A stretch of 64,000 bases of DNA, taken from a virus. Positions 26,979 through 36,290 of the stretch are shown here, piece by piece; within the stretch, counting starts at the first letter, position 1, and the number at the start of each line of letters is the position of its first letter. A program made the position numbers and the translations under genes. The DNA lies in the IMG/VR virus record IMGVR_UViG_3300037755_000757, positions 952 to 64,951 of that record. One strand, given 5' to 3'. The notes under the pieces are model-generated. The model was not told where the DNA came from, did not search any database, and saw only the letters and a program-made list of their open reading frames with translations.

Positions 26979-27210
26979 TACTGGTCTCCGTTATGATACT
27001 CACGTATTCTTGTCCATCATAGAAGTCAAGTTCTGGATACTTCTCCAAAACTTCTTCTATGGTTCCCTTGTGTATCCACTCGTAATTCAGATTAACAGCC
27101 CAAGGTTTCTCCCTAATAATGAAAGCGATAGTTGGTCTAGCCGCCGCGACCGGCACCCTGCCCAGGAGGAGGCGAACAGCACTCAGCAGATTACTCTCCG
27201 CCACCCTCAT
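26971..27210 (-). CDS. hypothetical protein (start uncertain)
   Basis: Packed ORF. Confidence 0.4.
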   Translation of the reverse strand: MRVAESNLLSAVRLLLGRVPVAAARPTIAFIIREKPWAVNLNYEWIHKGTIEEVLEKYPELDFYDGQEYVSIITETSND

Positions 27211-27302
27211 GACCTCCCTGACGCCACTGCCAGCACGCCCCTAGTATATAGCGTAAACGGTTCTACAAACCGCCCACGCAACGCCGGAGGGCTGCTGAGC
27301 GC

Positions 27303-27311
27303 ATTATACCA
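27303..27311 (-). promoter_or_regulatory. extended -10 element TGgTATAAT
   Basis: Perfect TGnTATAAT in the intergenic gap after the primase. Confidence 0.5.
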
Positions 27312-27341
27312 GCGGCCACGCCCAAAGGCACGCGCGCCCTA

Positions 27342-29693
27342 TCAAAATGGGGTTTTCTTTTTCTGGCTGTTTATAAACTGTATGTCTTCCCAGCTTGATA
27401 AACCGTGCGCCTGTTTCCAAGAATCACGACATTCTTGCAAAGTTCCGAACTGATAGAAATATTTTCTGCCAGTCTTTTTATACACTCTGCCAGCGTCAAC
27501 TTCCTCGTAGTCTGTCGGCTTCTGAACTCGCCCAAGGTGCGGGACAACACGCTTCAGGAAGCGACCGAGAGAAGTCTGGTTGCCTCTCTTAGAGATCTTC
27601 CAGTTGTCAGCGTACGAAATGAAGTCGTCGACAATCGTATCCACCATGACCTCCTCATTCCAATCATCATGATCCGATATCAGCCTTCCTTCTTGCAGCT
27701 TGTTGAACCACCATTCTTCTTCAACGTTCAGGCTTAAGAGCTTCTGTTCCATCAGAGCATCTGTCTGTGGTATGTCTCTGACCTCGTACCCTTCCAGATC
27801 TATGCTTTGAAGATAGTACAAGAGAGCTTCGCAACCCCCGTTGTCCATCTGCTTTATCATGTTTCCAAAGTAAACAGAGTCCTGAATCTTATTGTCAGAA
27901 ACCTCCAGAACGAGGTAGCGTCTTTCGTCACCAGATGCACGAATTACGTGAGGATCGTTCGCAGCCATTATAAGATGGATATAGCTGCGAGATGGTTCAA
28001 CGTCCAGACCCTTGTGCTCGATAGGTATGAACTTTTCTGTGATGAGCATCTTGAGAACTGACTCATGCTTTCTGTCGCCAGCGTAGAACGCCTCGTCAGC
28101 AAACAGCAAAGATACGTCACGAAGATGAGCGTTGAACTTGCCTACAAGATGTTCAGAGTTAGAAATTTGCATGTAGTGTCTTCCGAATAGTCGCCCGAAG
28201 ATTGTGGCGACTATGGACTTCCCAACACCCTTCTTTCCTCTGAGAACTATGGCTGTCTCGCCGTGAGTGTCTGGCTGCTGAACACACCGAGCCATCCATC
28301 TGATGAGATACCAGTAGACTTCCTTGCTTCCAGAACAGACATTGTTCTCTAAGTGATCCAGATACAGAGAACAGTCACCGGGTTTCGACAACACCGCGAA
28401 TCCTCGCCACAGATTGTACAGTCCCGGTTCTTCCTTCCCTGGAGAGAATCTCATGTAGTCATACTGCCTTCTGTACTGATGGTTCAGCCACCACTTGCCC
28501 AAGGGGATGGTGACGGACGCTCCGTCCTTGTTCTCACCGATCTTCACTTTCTGATTGTTGTAGCGATTCCCGATGTCTGCGAATGAGGATATCGTGACCC
28601 TGGACCTGTTGAGGCTTTCGTCGTACTCTTCCTGAATAATGCGACACTTTCCTCCAATGCTGCCGATGACTGCGTGCCTCTCATTCATCTGCATCAGGTG
28701 AGGACTGACGCCGTGTTCCTTGGCTTTTTTAATCTGCCGTATAGCGTATCGTTTCGGGTTTTTCTGCTCTATGACAGACTCAGAAATACCGAACTTCTCG
28801 TTCGTGATGATCCCGTATATTATGTCGTCAGGAACACCGATCTCCACCAACCGGCAGACCGATCTCCACAGCCACGCAGACCGACTGTTATCGCCCTTGA
28901 GCCTTATGTCCGGGTCTCTCCCTTGGGCTATTGAGATGCGAAGAGAGTCGTCAGCATTGTATCCGTCAAGAACATCCAGGTCGTGAACTAGTTGAGGATC
29001 CTCCGACAGATCAACTTCTATTCCGAACCCTGTATCCTTTTTCTCCTCTAAGTTTTGAATATCTCCGGCTGGTTTGAAGTCCGAAAGTTCGTACTTCAAG
29101 TCCTCAAACTTCAGAGCTACAGCTTTTCTTTTCGTTCTTCCCTTCTTCTGTTTCTTTGCGTCCGGAATATTGGTCGTTCCTGGGAGACGCATTATCCGAT
29201 CTATGTTGTGGCAATTGTCACCGCCGAAGACCTGCTCGAGTCTCCTGTTGTATGCCTCAAATTCTTCGCAAAGCTGAACACGCCCGTCAACTATCACAGG
29301 CGTCTTTAGCTTCCAAAACGCCTGATAACCGCCACCAGAGTCAATCACCACGGTTGGTTCAGGAATGCCTTCTGGTAGTTCCCCCATCAGAAGAGACAGA
29401 ATGCGACCACGTTCTTTGCCTATATCGGCCCCTTCTTTAGGGTCGATATCCACATGCAGCCAGTCCCCGGCCAGCATGACTTCTTTCATAGGCTTCTTGT
29501 TAACAGAACTAATTGTTCTGTTAACTGTAAAATAGATATTGCGAATACCCTCGTGCTCGCTGACAAAATTGTCAACAAGCGCGAGGTCATCGAAAGTTTT
29601 CGTAATTATTGACTGCTTGTCAAGACTTATTGCCGTAAGAATCCACGGACCATCCGGTCTCCACTTGCTAAGAAATTCCCCTGCTTCCCCCAC
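27342..29693 (-). CDS. primase-helicase (RepB-type primase N-terminus + DUF5906/SF3 helicase)
   Basis: 'WLHVDID...VIDSGGGYQAFW...RIMRLPGT'; Walker A 'GKKGVGKS', Walker B 'LFADEA'. Confidence 0.9.
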   Translation of the reverse strand: MGEAGEFLSKWRPDGPWILTAISLDKQSIITKTFDDLALVDNFVSEHEGIRNIYFTVNRTISSVNKKPMKEVMLAGDWLHVDIDPKEGADIGKERGRILSLLMGELPEGIPEPTVVIDSGGGYQAFWKLKTPVIVDGRVQLCEEFEAYNRRLEQVFGGDNCHNIDRIMRLPGTTNIPDAKKQKKGRTKRKAVALKFEDLKYELSDFKPAGDIQNLEEKKDTGFGIEVDLSEDPQLVHDLDVLDGYNADDSLRISIAQGRDPDIRLKGDNSRSAWLWRSVCRLVEIGVPDDIIYGIITNEKFGISESVIEQKNPKRYAIRQIKKAKEHGVSPHLMQMNERHAVIGSIGGKCRIIQEEYDESLNRSRVTISSFADIGNRYNNQKVKIGENKDGASVTIPLGKWWLNHQYRRQYDYMRFSPGKEEPGLYNLWRGFAVLSKPGDCSLYLDHLENNVCSGSKEVYWYLIRWMARCVQQPDTHGETAIVLRGKKGVGKSIVATIFGRLFGRHYMQISNSEHLVGKFNAHLRDVSLLFADEAFYAGDRKHESVLKMLITEKFIPIEHKGLDVEPSRSYIHLIMAANDPHVIRASGDERRYLVLEVSDNKIQDSVYFGNMIKQMDNGGCEALLYYLQSIDLEGYEVRDIPQTDALMEQKLLSLNVEEEWWFNKLQEGRLISDHDDWNEEVMVDTIVDDFISYADNWKISKRGNQTSLGRFLKRVVPHLGRVQKPTDYEEVDAGRVYKKTGRKYFYQFGTLQECRDSWKQAHGLSSWEDIQFINSQKKKTPF

Positions 29694-29694
29694 T

Positions 29695-30111
29695 TCAGCA
29701 CTCCCAGAACCAAATCAGTCTCTCACAGCTAACTATGCCGCATTCCATCTGACGAATCCAGTTGCGACTGAGACCAGACTCTGCAGAAAGTTTTTCCTGG
29801 GTCCACCCACAACGTCTACGATAGAGCATGCATCGTTCGTAATCAAGTAAGAACATGACCTTTGGTTCTGGGATATCAGGAAATTCCCGTGTTCCTTTCT
29901 CAAGCATCACGTAACTATTTCTCGTAATGCCGAGACGGTCAGCGGCCTGCTGCTGAGTTTCCTTTGATCTTCTTCTACTTATAAGAAACTTCTCGTGGCG
30001 TTCCAGTGCTTTCTCATCCAGTCCATCAGTACGGGACCGTTCAGCCCCTTCATGTGGAGAAGACAATTCTCGAACATCTCCGGTTTCGTCATGTTCCCTA
30101 ACTTCTGACAC
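29695..30111 (-). CDS. tandem two-HTH (XRE) regulator
   Basis: 'TQQQAADRLGITRNSYVMLEKG' and 'WTQEKLSAESGLSRNWIRQMECG'. Confidence 0.8.
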   Translation of the reverse strand: MSEVREHDETGDVRELSSPHEGAERSRTDGLDEKALERHEKFLISRRRSKETQQQAADRLGITRNSYVMLEKGTREFPDIPEPKVMFLLDYERCMLYRRRCGWTQEKLSAESGLSRNWIRQMECGIVSCERLIWFWEC

Positions 30112-30410
30112 GCCAGTACTCCATCAAAGAAGAACCAGTCTCGGTACACCTGCAAGCAGACCAAGACTTGTTCTCCCGTTTTTGCTCTCTTATTTATCCA
30201 CCTGATCTGTGTATCCAGTATCGGATGTTTTAACCTCACCGGACGAGAGCCCGGGAAAGGTGGCCAGTTACTCAGTCTCTTACATTCTATCCAACCATAT
30301 CTGCAATTAACATCTGGAGTGCCTTCTCTGACTCTGTTTTCCACAGGAATCGCGTGCAAAGGTTTGAGGACTCTAACGAGATTTGCTCGCGTTCCATTGT
30401 TCTCACTCAT
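29979..30410 (-). CDS. PD-(D/E)XK nuclease, VRR-NUC/resolvase-like
   Basis: 'GTPDV...WIECK...QIRWINKR'. Confidence 0.75.
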   Translation of the reverse strand: MSENNGTRANLVRVLKPLHAIPVENRVREGTPDVNCRYGWIECKRLSNWPPFPGSRPVRLKHPILDTQIRWINKRAKTGEQVLVCLQVYRDWFFFDGVLACQKLGNMTKPEMFENCLLHMKGLNGPVLMDWMRKHWNATRSFL

Positions 30411-30868
30411 CGTGCCGCCTGCGGCCCCCTCTCCTGGGCTTGATATTTACCATCATATTCCTGCTCCGTTGGTTCGTCTAGCAGGTGAAATATCACCTGC
30501 GCTATCCCAACACCACGATATATCTTAATCGGTGTCTTTGAGTGATTGGTTAACTCAAGAGTCAACCAACCAGACCAACCCGGTTCTATCACAGTATTCT
30601 GGACGGCCAGTCCTTGTCTCGCCCAGGAGGACTTGTCGTGCACAATCCCCACGATGTCATTCGGCATCGTGAATCTTTCTATCGTGGATGCAAGCGTGAA
30701 TGCTCCTGGATTAAGAACTATCCAGTTTCTTTCACCAGTTCCGTCAAACTCAACGCGAACGTCGTAACCGCACGCGCTCAGTCCATACGTTCGGCCACGA
30801 TGTTCAGTGCGATCCTCTATAGGAGTGAGAAGACCTTTCTTCCGTATGGACTGAGCGGACAGTATCAT
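30407..30868 (-). CDS. dcd: dCTP deaminase
   Basis: 'DKSSWARQG...TVIEPGWSGWLTLEL...GIAQVIF'. Confidence 0.9.
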   Translation of the reverse strand: MILSAQSIRKKGLLTPIEDRTEHRGRTYGLSACGYDVRVEFDGTGERNWIVLNPGAFTLASTIERFTMPNDIVGIVHDKSSWARQGLAVQNTVIEPGWSGWLTLELTNHSKTPIKIYRGVGIAQVIFHLLDEPTEQEYDGKYQAQERGPQAAR

Positions 30869-31059
30869 AACAGTTCCTTCTCTTCAGCCAAGCGTTCAGG
30901 CAATGTCAAGATGCCGATATCAGAACCATCGGTAGCTTGAAACTCGCATGCAGATTTAGGAAGCCAGACCGCGTCGCGGTCTGGGTCCCATTTCACGAGA
31001 AACGCGTCGGGTGTTTCGTGCACCACGACAACGTCAATATCAACCAGATTTGATTTCAC
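30865..31059 (-). CDS. conserved small phage protein (WLPKS...TLPExLAxEK)
   Basis: GTG start inferred at 31059 within track ORF 30865-31143. Confidence 0.65.
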   Translation of the reverse strand: MKSNLVDIDVVVVHETPDAFLVKWDPDRDAVWLPKSACEFQATDGSDIGILTLPERLAEEKELL

Positions 31060-31573
31060 GGAAGATCTCAATCGCGTGGAGCGCCTGCGTTTTCGCGTCG
31101 TCGAGCGCATTGTGGTAGGTTCCCTTCCTGTCAAACTGAACAAGAGGACGAAGACCCTTCAGTGTCCGGTAGCATCGGTTGTTCCAGAACTTCCACGGTA
31201 GAGTAGAGTCCAGAGCCTTGTAGGCGCAAGCCATGATAGCGTTATCAAAGTCCGAACCATTGCCCCAGATCTTGACCTTGGTACGATCCCAGAACGACAG
31301 ATAGCTCTTGAAATCTCCCAGGGCTTGTCCAAGCGAAACATTCGTCTGTTTTGCTTCTTCAAGCACAATGGCAGCTTCCTCTTTCTGCCTTGACCACCAA
31401 TCCAGCGTTGACTGATCATATCCCAATCCAGCCGCGTAGCAGCTTTCAGTATTGACCACCGTGTAGAACTCGCGACCGAGCCCGTTGGCGCTGAACTCGA
31501 CAGCACCGATAGACAGGATAGCGCATCCCGGCGACATACCGAGAGTTTCCAGATCAACCATTATATTCGACAT
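31040..31573 (-). CDS. DEDDh 3'-5' exo(ribo)nuclease
   Basis: 'MVDLETLG...WGNGSDFD...HNALDDA'. Confidence 0.9.
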   Translation of the reverse strand: MSNIMVDLETLGMSPGCAILSIGAVEFSANGLGREFYTVVNTESCYAAGLGYDQSTLDWWSRQKEEAAIVLEEAKQTNVSLGQALGDFKSYLSFWDRTKVKIWGNGSDFDNAIMACAYKALDSTLPWKFWNNRCYRTLKGLRPLVQFDRKGTYHNALDDAKTQALHAIEIFREIKSG

Positions 31574-31844
31574 TAAATACTCCTGTTAATCCCCAATCAC
31601 GATATTGATTTAGTTTCTGTTTTCTCCTAGAAGTAATATCGTTACCGCACTGAGGTAGATTTGTTTCAACAAAATAGTCCAGAGCGGCGTAAACATCCGC
31701 TATTTCCTTAGGTAGTCTTTCTCGTGCTTCCCCCCTTCCGTCTGGGTGCCCCATCCTGGGAAACGGTCCAGCCTTGCCGAGCAACTGCGAAAGCTCTCCC
31801 ATTTCTTCTATAAGTTTGAATATTCCCTTCCAGTGCTCACGCAT
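31554..31844 (-). CDS. MazG-like nucleotide pyrophosphohydrolase
   Basis: 'KLIEEMGELSQ...EIADVYA'. Confidence 0.7.
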   Translation of the reverse strand: MREHWKGIFKLIEEMGELSQLLGKAGPFPRMGHPDGRGEARERLPKEIADVYAALDYFVETNLPQCGNDITSRRKQKLNQYRDWGLTGVFNVEYNG

Positions 31845-33900
31845 TTTTCAGGTTTCCCCAGTTTGGTCCATACTCAGCATCAACCTTGAACGGAACCAGA
31901 GGTTTCGCGTAAGGAAGAATACAGTCACGCATTATTTCCGCCATCCGCAGAACTTCTTTCGGATCTTGGCAACTCGCGTTAGCTTCGTCGTGAACTTGCA
32001 ACTGAAGATAGTGACCAGCCTTGTCAATCTCGATCAAGGCCAGTTTCATCTGATCCGCAGACGAACCCTGTATAACTCTGTTGAGAGCCTTGTGTGTCCA
32101 ATCGTAGGATCCGTCTTCTCGAGTGGCGAAATGTAGTCTTCTGCCCAAAACCGTTCGGACAAATCCGACGCTTTCGGCTCTGTCCGAAGCTGCTCTTGCG
32201 AGCTTTCGCACGTAAGGGACATTTTCGTCGAAGCCGTCGAGAACGGCCTGTCCCTCCACGCCAGCAACTTCTCGGAAACTACCTTTTCCAAGATCTTGCC
32301 TAGCGTTCCAAGCTTCTCCTCTGGTTTCAAAATAGTAGGACTCCTTCTCTCTACCCCACCCTACTGTGAGTCTCCAGCGCGTTGGTAAGCCTAGATCACG
32401 ACACAGTTTTGGACCGCCTTCCCCGTAGCATATGCCCAAAAATATGTTCTTGCACGCCGCGCGTTTCACCTTGTAGTCGCCCTTTTCCATAGCGTCTACG
32501 GCCTCATCTCCGTGCACGAGGCGTGTCATCATGTCGTGGTTGTCGGCGTCAGGGTCGTTAACGTATCTTTGAGCAGCTTCCTTGGCCCTCGGTAAATCCA
32601 GGACAGCCGCGAAATGTGTGGTCCATCTGGGCTCCTGTTGGGAGTAATCGCAGCACCCCCACACAGAATCCGGTTCAGCAACGTAGATCTGCCTCCACAT
32701 TCCGGCCACGTCAGGGTCTCGGTCTTTGCTTGGCTGCTGCTGAAGATTTGGGTCAACAGCCGAAAGGCGGCCGAAACGGACGCCTTTCTGTTCTCCTTTT
32801 TCGTCTTCCCTTGCGATTTGGTTGAAGGTGCAATGTATTCTTCCATTGATCATGTAACGTTCAATTGATGCCACGAATGTGGTTCTGATCTTGTCGAGCT
32901 TTCTCGCCCGACGAATAGCTGCCGGAACGGGATGGTCGATTCCTTCGAGAAAGGAGGCGTCGATGTTAGGAAGACCGGTCTTGGGTGTTCTTCCAACCTT
33001 AATACCGATTGCTTCGAGTGCAGGAGCGACTGCATCAGCTTTGAATAAGTCTCCGAGTCCAATTTTGACGGAAGTGGCATCTGTAATTTTCCTCAGCTCT
33101 TTCATCTGCTCTGTCAGTGACCAAGCAGCAATCTGGGACAATCTGTCGGTATCTATGAGAACGCCGCGCTGACGCATCTTGACCAGCACAGGAAGCACCC
33201 TGGACTCAACTTCCCATATTTGTCGCAGACCTAGTCCCTCAATCTTCTCCTCCTGTCGTCGCAGAATTTCGAGGGGAGACGTGACGTCTCTTTCCGCGTA
33301 TCCTCCCACATATTTAGCGTGAAGTCTCCACAATCCTTTCTTTGGGTGAACCCCTGCCTGATGCGCTGCTCTCTCAAGCAGTTCCTCATCCTTTGCTTCA
33401 ACTCCCCATCTCTCACCAATGTTCTTAAGACTGAAGCTCTGGTGAAGCTCGTAAATCAGCGGATCTGCGACCTGGACATCTCGGAAAACAGCGTCAGAGT
33501 TAAAGATAATTCCATCAGTTGCCGCCCAATCAATGTCATAATTGAGATTGGCTCCTACGATTTCACCATCAAACTTTGCGCACTGCTCGCCAAGATACGC
33601 AATCACTTCCTGGGCAGGAAGATTACCGCCGCCCTCGTGACGATATGGAAGATAGTAAGATGGTCCTCCGTCAATAGCAAACGACCATCCTACCGCGTAT
33701 CCCTCGCGCCTACATCCTGGGCCGAGAGTCGTGAGATGTGGATCATAAGTTTCCACGTCAATGGCTACCCGCTTAGCATTCGCCCAGGAGGGGAGCTGGC
33801 TAACCGCCAACGCCGTCCAGTCCGAAGGAACTTCGAACATGCCTAGCTGAAGAGCGCTTCCGTCAGACGCGTCATATTTTCTGCTCTTCCGAACTGCCAT
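31837..33900 (-). CDS. polA: family A DNA polymerase with 3'-5' exonuclease
   Basis: 'AIDVET', motif A 'CCDYSQQEPR', motif B 'KNIFLGICYG', motif C 'LQVHDE'. Confidence 0.95.
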   Translation of the reverse strand: MAVRKSRKYDASDGSALQLGMFEVPSDWTALAVSQLPSWANAKRVAIDVETYDPHLTTLGPGCRREGYAVGWSFAIDGGPSYYLPYRHEGGGNLPAQEVIAYLGEQCAKFDGEIVGANLNYDIDWAATDGIIFNSDAVFRDVQVADPLIYELHQSFSLKNIGERWGVEAKDEELLERAAHQAGVHPKKGLWRLHAKYVGGYAERDVTSPLEILRRQEEKIEGLGLRQIWEVESRVLPVLVKMRQRGVLIDTDRLSQIAAWSLTEQMKELRKITDATSVKIGLGDLFKADAVAPALEAIGIKVGRTPKTGLPNIDASFLEGIDHPVPAAIRRARKLDKIRTTFVASIERYMINGRIHCTFNQIAREDEKGEQKGVRFGRLSAVDPNLQQQPSKDRDPDVAGMWRQIYVAEPDSVWGCCDYSQQEPRWTTHFAAVLDLPRAKEAAQRYVNDPDADNHDMMTRLVHGDEAVDAMEKGDYKVKRAACKNIFLGICYGEGGPKLCRDLGLPTRWRLTVGWGREKESYYFETRGEAWNARQDLGKGSFREVAGVEGQAVLDGFDENVPYVRKLARAASDRAESVGFVRTVLGRRLHFATREDGSYDWTHKALNRVIQGSSADQMKLALIEIDKAGHYLQLQVHDEANASCQDPKEVLRMAEIMRDCILPYAKPLVPFKVDAEYGPNWGNLKNA

Positions 33901-34366
33901 CTACTTCTCCACACCCTCTTCCAACGCTTCCTTCGTCATCTTTCTTGACGAACTCGTAAAACGGTATCCAACCTTTCGGACAATGGAAACCCCAAACACG
34001 AAAACGTGGTCCCGTGATGAACAACGTTCTCGCGTTGCCATGCGGAACCACCAGTCGGTGAGCGAACTTGCCATTCCGGAACACCCACCTCCCTGGGCGA
34101 ATAACACGGACGGCCTCATAGTCTCCGTCTAGGTAGTGCTCAATAAGCACTCCTTTCAAGCAGAGGGATAAACTCCACCAAGGATGATCGTGAAGTGCCC
34201 GATCATCGTCGTCGTGCAGCATCTCATGTCTGTAGATATTGAAGACCTTATTACGAGGAATGACCCACCATCTCTCCATGTAAGGGTCATCCTTGCTTGG
34301 TCCAATAACAAAGTCAGGCTCTCGCGAAACTCTGTCGAATATTTTATTGAGAAATCTGACCAGCAT
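33872..34366 (-). CDS. cupin-fold protein
   Basis: 'LHDHPW...IEH...FAHRL'. Confidence 0.7.
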   Translation of the reverse strand: MLVRFLNKIFDRVSREPDFVIGPSKDDPYMERWWVIPRNKVFNIYRHEMLHDDDDRALHDHPWWSLSLCLKGVLIEHYLDGDYEAVRVIRPGRWVFRNGKFAHRLVVPHGNARTLFITGPRFRVWGFHCPKGWIPFYEFVKKDDEGSVGRGCGEVDGSSEEQKI

Positions 34367-34751
34367 TGGCTATCTCTATCATCTCATCAATCATGTTTCG
34401 GATAATTTGTAGATCGCGAACATCAGCCCAACGAGTCAGAGCCACGCATATTCCTATCTCCCGTGGCTCTAGAGAATTGTGGTTGGCGAATTTCTTGATG
34501 CAGTGGTCAACAATATCCGGGGACACTATCTGCTTGCTGACGCCACCACCGATGAAAACCTCCTGAAGTTTCGCCGCGAAGTGAGCAGCTTTTTGAAGAT
34601 CTTGTACACCGTTCTTCTTTCGCCACCGACAGACATACTTACTGATCTGACCTTCCAGATATCCAAATCCGACATCATGGACAAGATCCCAATGCTGATA
34701 TTCACAAGCATAGTGGGTTCCCCCCACCTGTGTTTCATTCGCTAATGTCAT
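34344..34751 (-). CDS. DUF3310-family protein
   Basis: 'QVGGTHY...QHWD...KYVCRWRKKNGVQDLQKA'. Confidence 0.85.
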   Translation of the reverse strand: MTLANETQVGGTHYACEYQHWDLVHDVGFGYLEGQISKYVCRWRKKNGVQDLQKAAHFAAKLQEVFIGGGVSKQIVSPDIVDHCIKKFANHNSLEPREIGICVALTRWADVRDLQIIRNMIDEMIEIANAGQISQ

Positions 34752-35283
34752 CGCTCAACTCCGGTAAATATTCCCAGTCTGCATGATAAGATTCATATAT
34801 CAGTTTTCTGGTATTCCAAGGTATTTTGTCCTTATTCTTATCAAACCATAAACCTATTCTGCTATGCATCCTTTTCAAGTTAGTGTTGCCAAGAGCAATT
34901 TGATCTTTGCAGAAATAGTAAAGCTCTAGCAGATCAATAGCCTTTACGGTCCACTTCCAGTATTCATCTTGAGGAGTATTTGGAAAGTTGAGACCGTGCA
35001 TGAGACCGGCTTCGACTTCGTCAAGCTTTTCGCTATCAATCAAACCGAACCACTTGCTCGTAGCCGGAATATCACCGGTGGAGCGTTCCGGCTGGTCGTG
35101 CCCGATAATGTGCCACAGCACATCGACAGGAGCGTCAGGTTCAACCTCTCTCAGAATACACAGCATCCCGTATGTGTGAAAACCGTTATTGTACGAACCA
35201 AGAATAGGCTCCCTGTGGCATCTCTCCACTATGGAAGCTTCGCGCATGTACTTGATTCTCTTTAAGGGCGTATCTAGGAGCAT
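34735..35283 (-). CDS. HD-domain 5'-deoxynucleotidase (YfbR-like, degenerate)
   Basis: 'VERCH...GFHTY...IIGHDQPERSTGDIP...KAIDLLE'. Confidence 0.75.
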   Translation of the reverse strand: MLLDTPLKRIKYMREASIVERCHREPILGSYNNGFHTYGMLCILREVEPDAPVDVLWHIIGHDQPERSTGDIPATSKWFGLIDSEKLDEVEAGLMHGLNFPNTPQDEYWKWTVKAIDLLELYYFCKDQIALGNTNLKRMHSRIGLWFDKNKDKIPWNTRKLIYESYHADWEYLPELSDDISE

Positions 35284-36290
35284 TACTTATTCCTTCTTTC
35301 CAGCCACTGGCGACAGGCCATATTCCAGTCGGTGGCTTTACAATGTCTTATCTCACGGATAGCAGTGTCAACTCTGTTAAGATCATCCTTATTCTTCCAA
35401 GCGTCCCACGCCATCTGGATGGGAGTAACTACTCGCCTGAAAAATTTGTCAGCGAATCCCGTGATGCACCCCTGTTCCATGAACACTGACAAATCCTGGA
35501 ACCATGTTCCAATGTCAGTATTAACCATGCTGAAGGGTTGAACCTGTCTGCTGGAGTATGGGCAGTAGAACGGGTATTCCAAGACTTCCAGCGTCTTCTT
35601 AAGCGTTTCTTCGTAAGCATGCCAATTCGCGCTCACCTGCCAATATCGCCCAAGAGGCACACCGACCCACGCCGCCAAAACCTCGTGGAGCATGCTGAAG
35701 TGAACCGCGTTCGCGCCATATGCTCCCCAGATGATGTCGTTTGATCGGTTGAACACGATCATGTCCAACAGACCATTCTGGTTGACCTGGAAGTTCGCCA
35801 TCAGGTTACACGGAACGTCCTTCCCCACACGGCACAGATCAACGGGTCCATCCCACATTTGTAAAACTGCGCGGCGATCGTTTGGGTCGTCGTGCAGCTT
35901 CTGGGCAATGACAGCGAGCTGATCCATTGGATCGTTCGGATCCTTGTAACAGTCAGGAAAATAATTCCTCCAGCGCTTTCCGTAAGCGCCGTGGAACGTG
36001 ACACCGTTGTCACTGAACTGTGCAATATTGGAAGAATACCGAGATATCCATTCCACGTCGTTTCGCCCAGAGAGCATCCACAGCCCTTCCATGAAGTGGA
36101 AGAACGGATTGGCATCCCTCTCTGGGAAGAACACCACGCGCTCGTCCGGCTTTTGATACACGGTTGTCACTGGTCCTGGGTGGACAAGCACTGGACCCGC
36201 TCGGCTGGCTCTCGGCACACCGAACGCCCTGACATGCTCTAATCCACTGAACAATGCTTGCTGAACATTTCTTGCTTCAATTGTCTTCAT
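35283..36290 (-). CDS. thymidylate-synthase-family dUMP hydroxymethylase
   Basis: Catalytic 'PCN', 'RSND' and specificity Asn in 'WGAYGANAVHFS' (dUMP-type, YuA/M6-like). Confidence 0.85.
   Translation of the reverse strand: MKTIEARNVQQALFSGLEHVRAFGVPRASRAGPVLVHPGPVTTVYQKPDERVVFFPERDANPFFHFMEGLWMLSGRNDVEWISRYSSNIAQFSDNGVTFHGAYGKRWRNYFPDCYKDPNDPMDQLAVIAQKLHDDPNDRRAVLQMWDGPVDLCRVGKDVPCNLMANFQVNQNGLLDMIVFNRSNDIIWGAYGANAVHFSMLHEVLAAWVGVPLGRYWQVSANWHAYEETLKKTLEVLEYPFYCPYSSRQVQPFSMVNTDIGTWFQDLSVFMEQGCITGFADKFFRRVVTPIQMAWDAWKNKDDLNRVDTAIREIRHCKATDWNMACRQWLERRNK

Noticed and set aside
27342-29693. Integrase or lysogeny module
   Set aside because: Motifs are primase plus SF3 helicase, with no tyrosine or serine recombinase signature. 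No attachment site or integrase was seen in the window.
35283-36290. Ordinary thymidylate synthase or dCMP hydroxymethylase
   Set aside because: The specificity residue is Asn (not the Asp of dCMP enzymes), and the YuA-type motif plus linked 5-hmdU DNA kinase favour dUMP hydroxymethylase. A plain TS is not fully excluded without assay.
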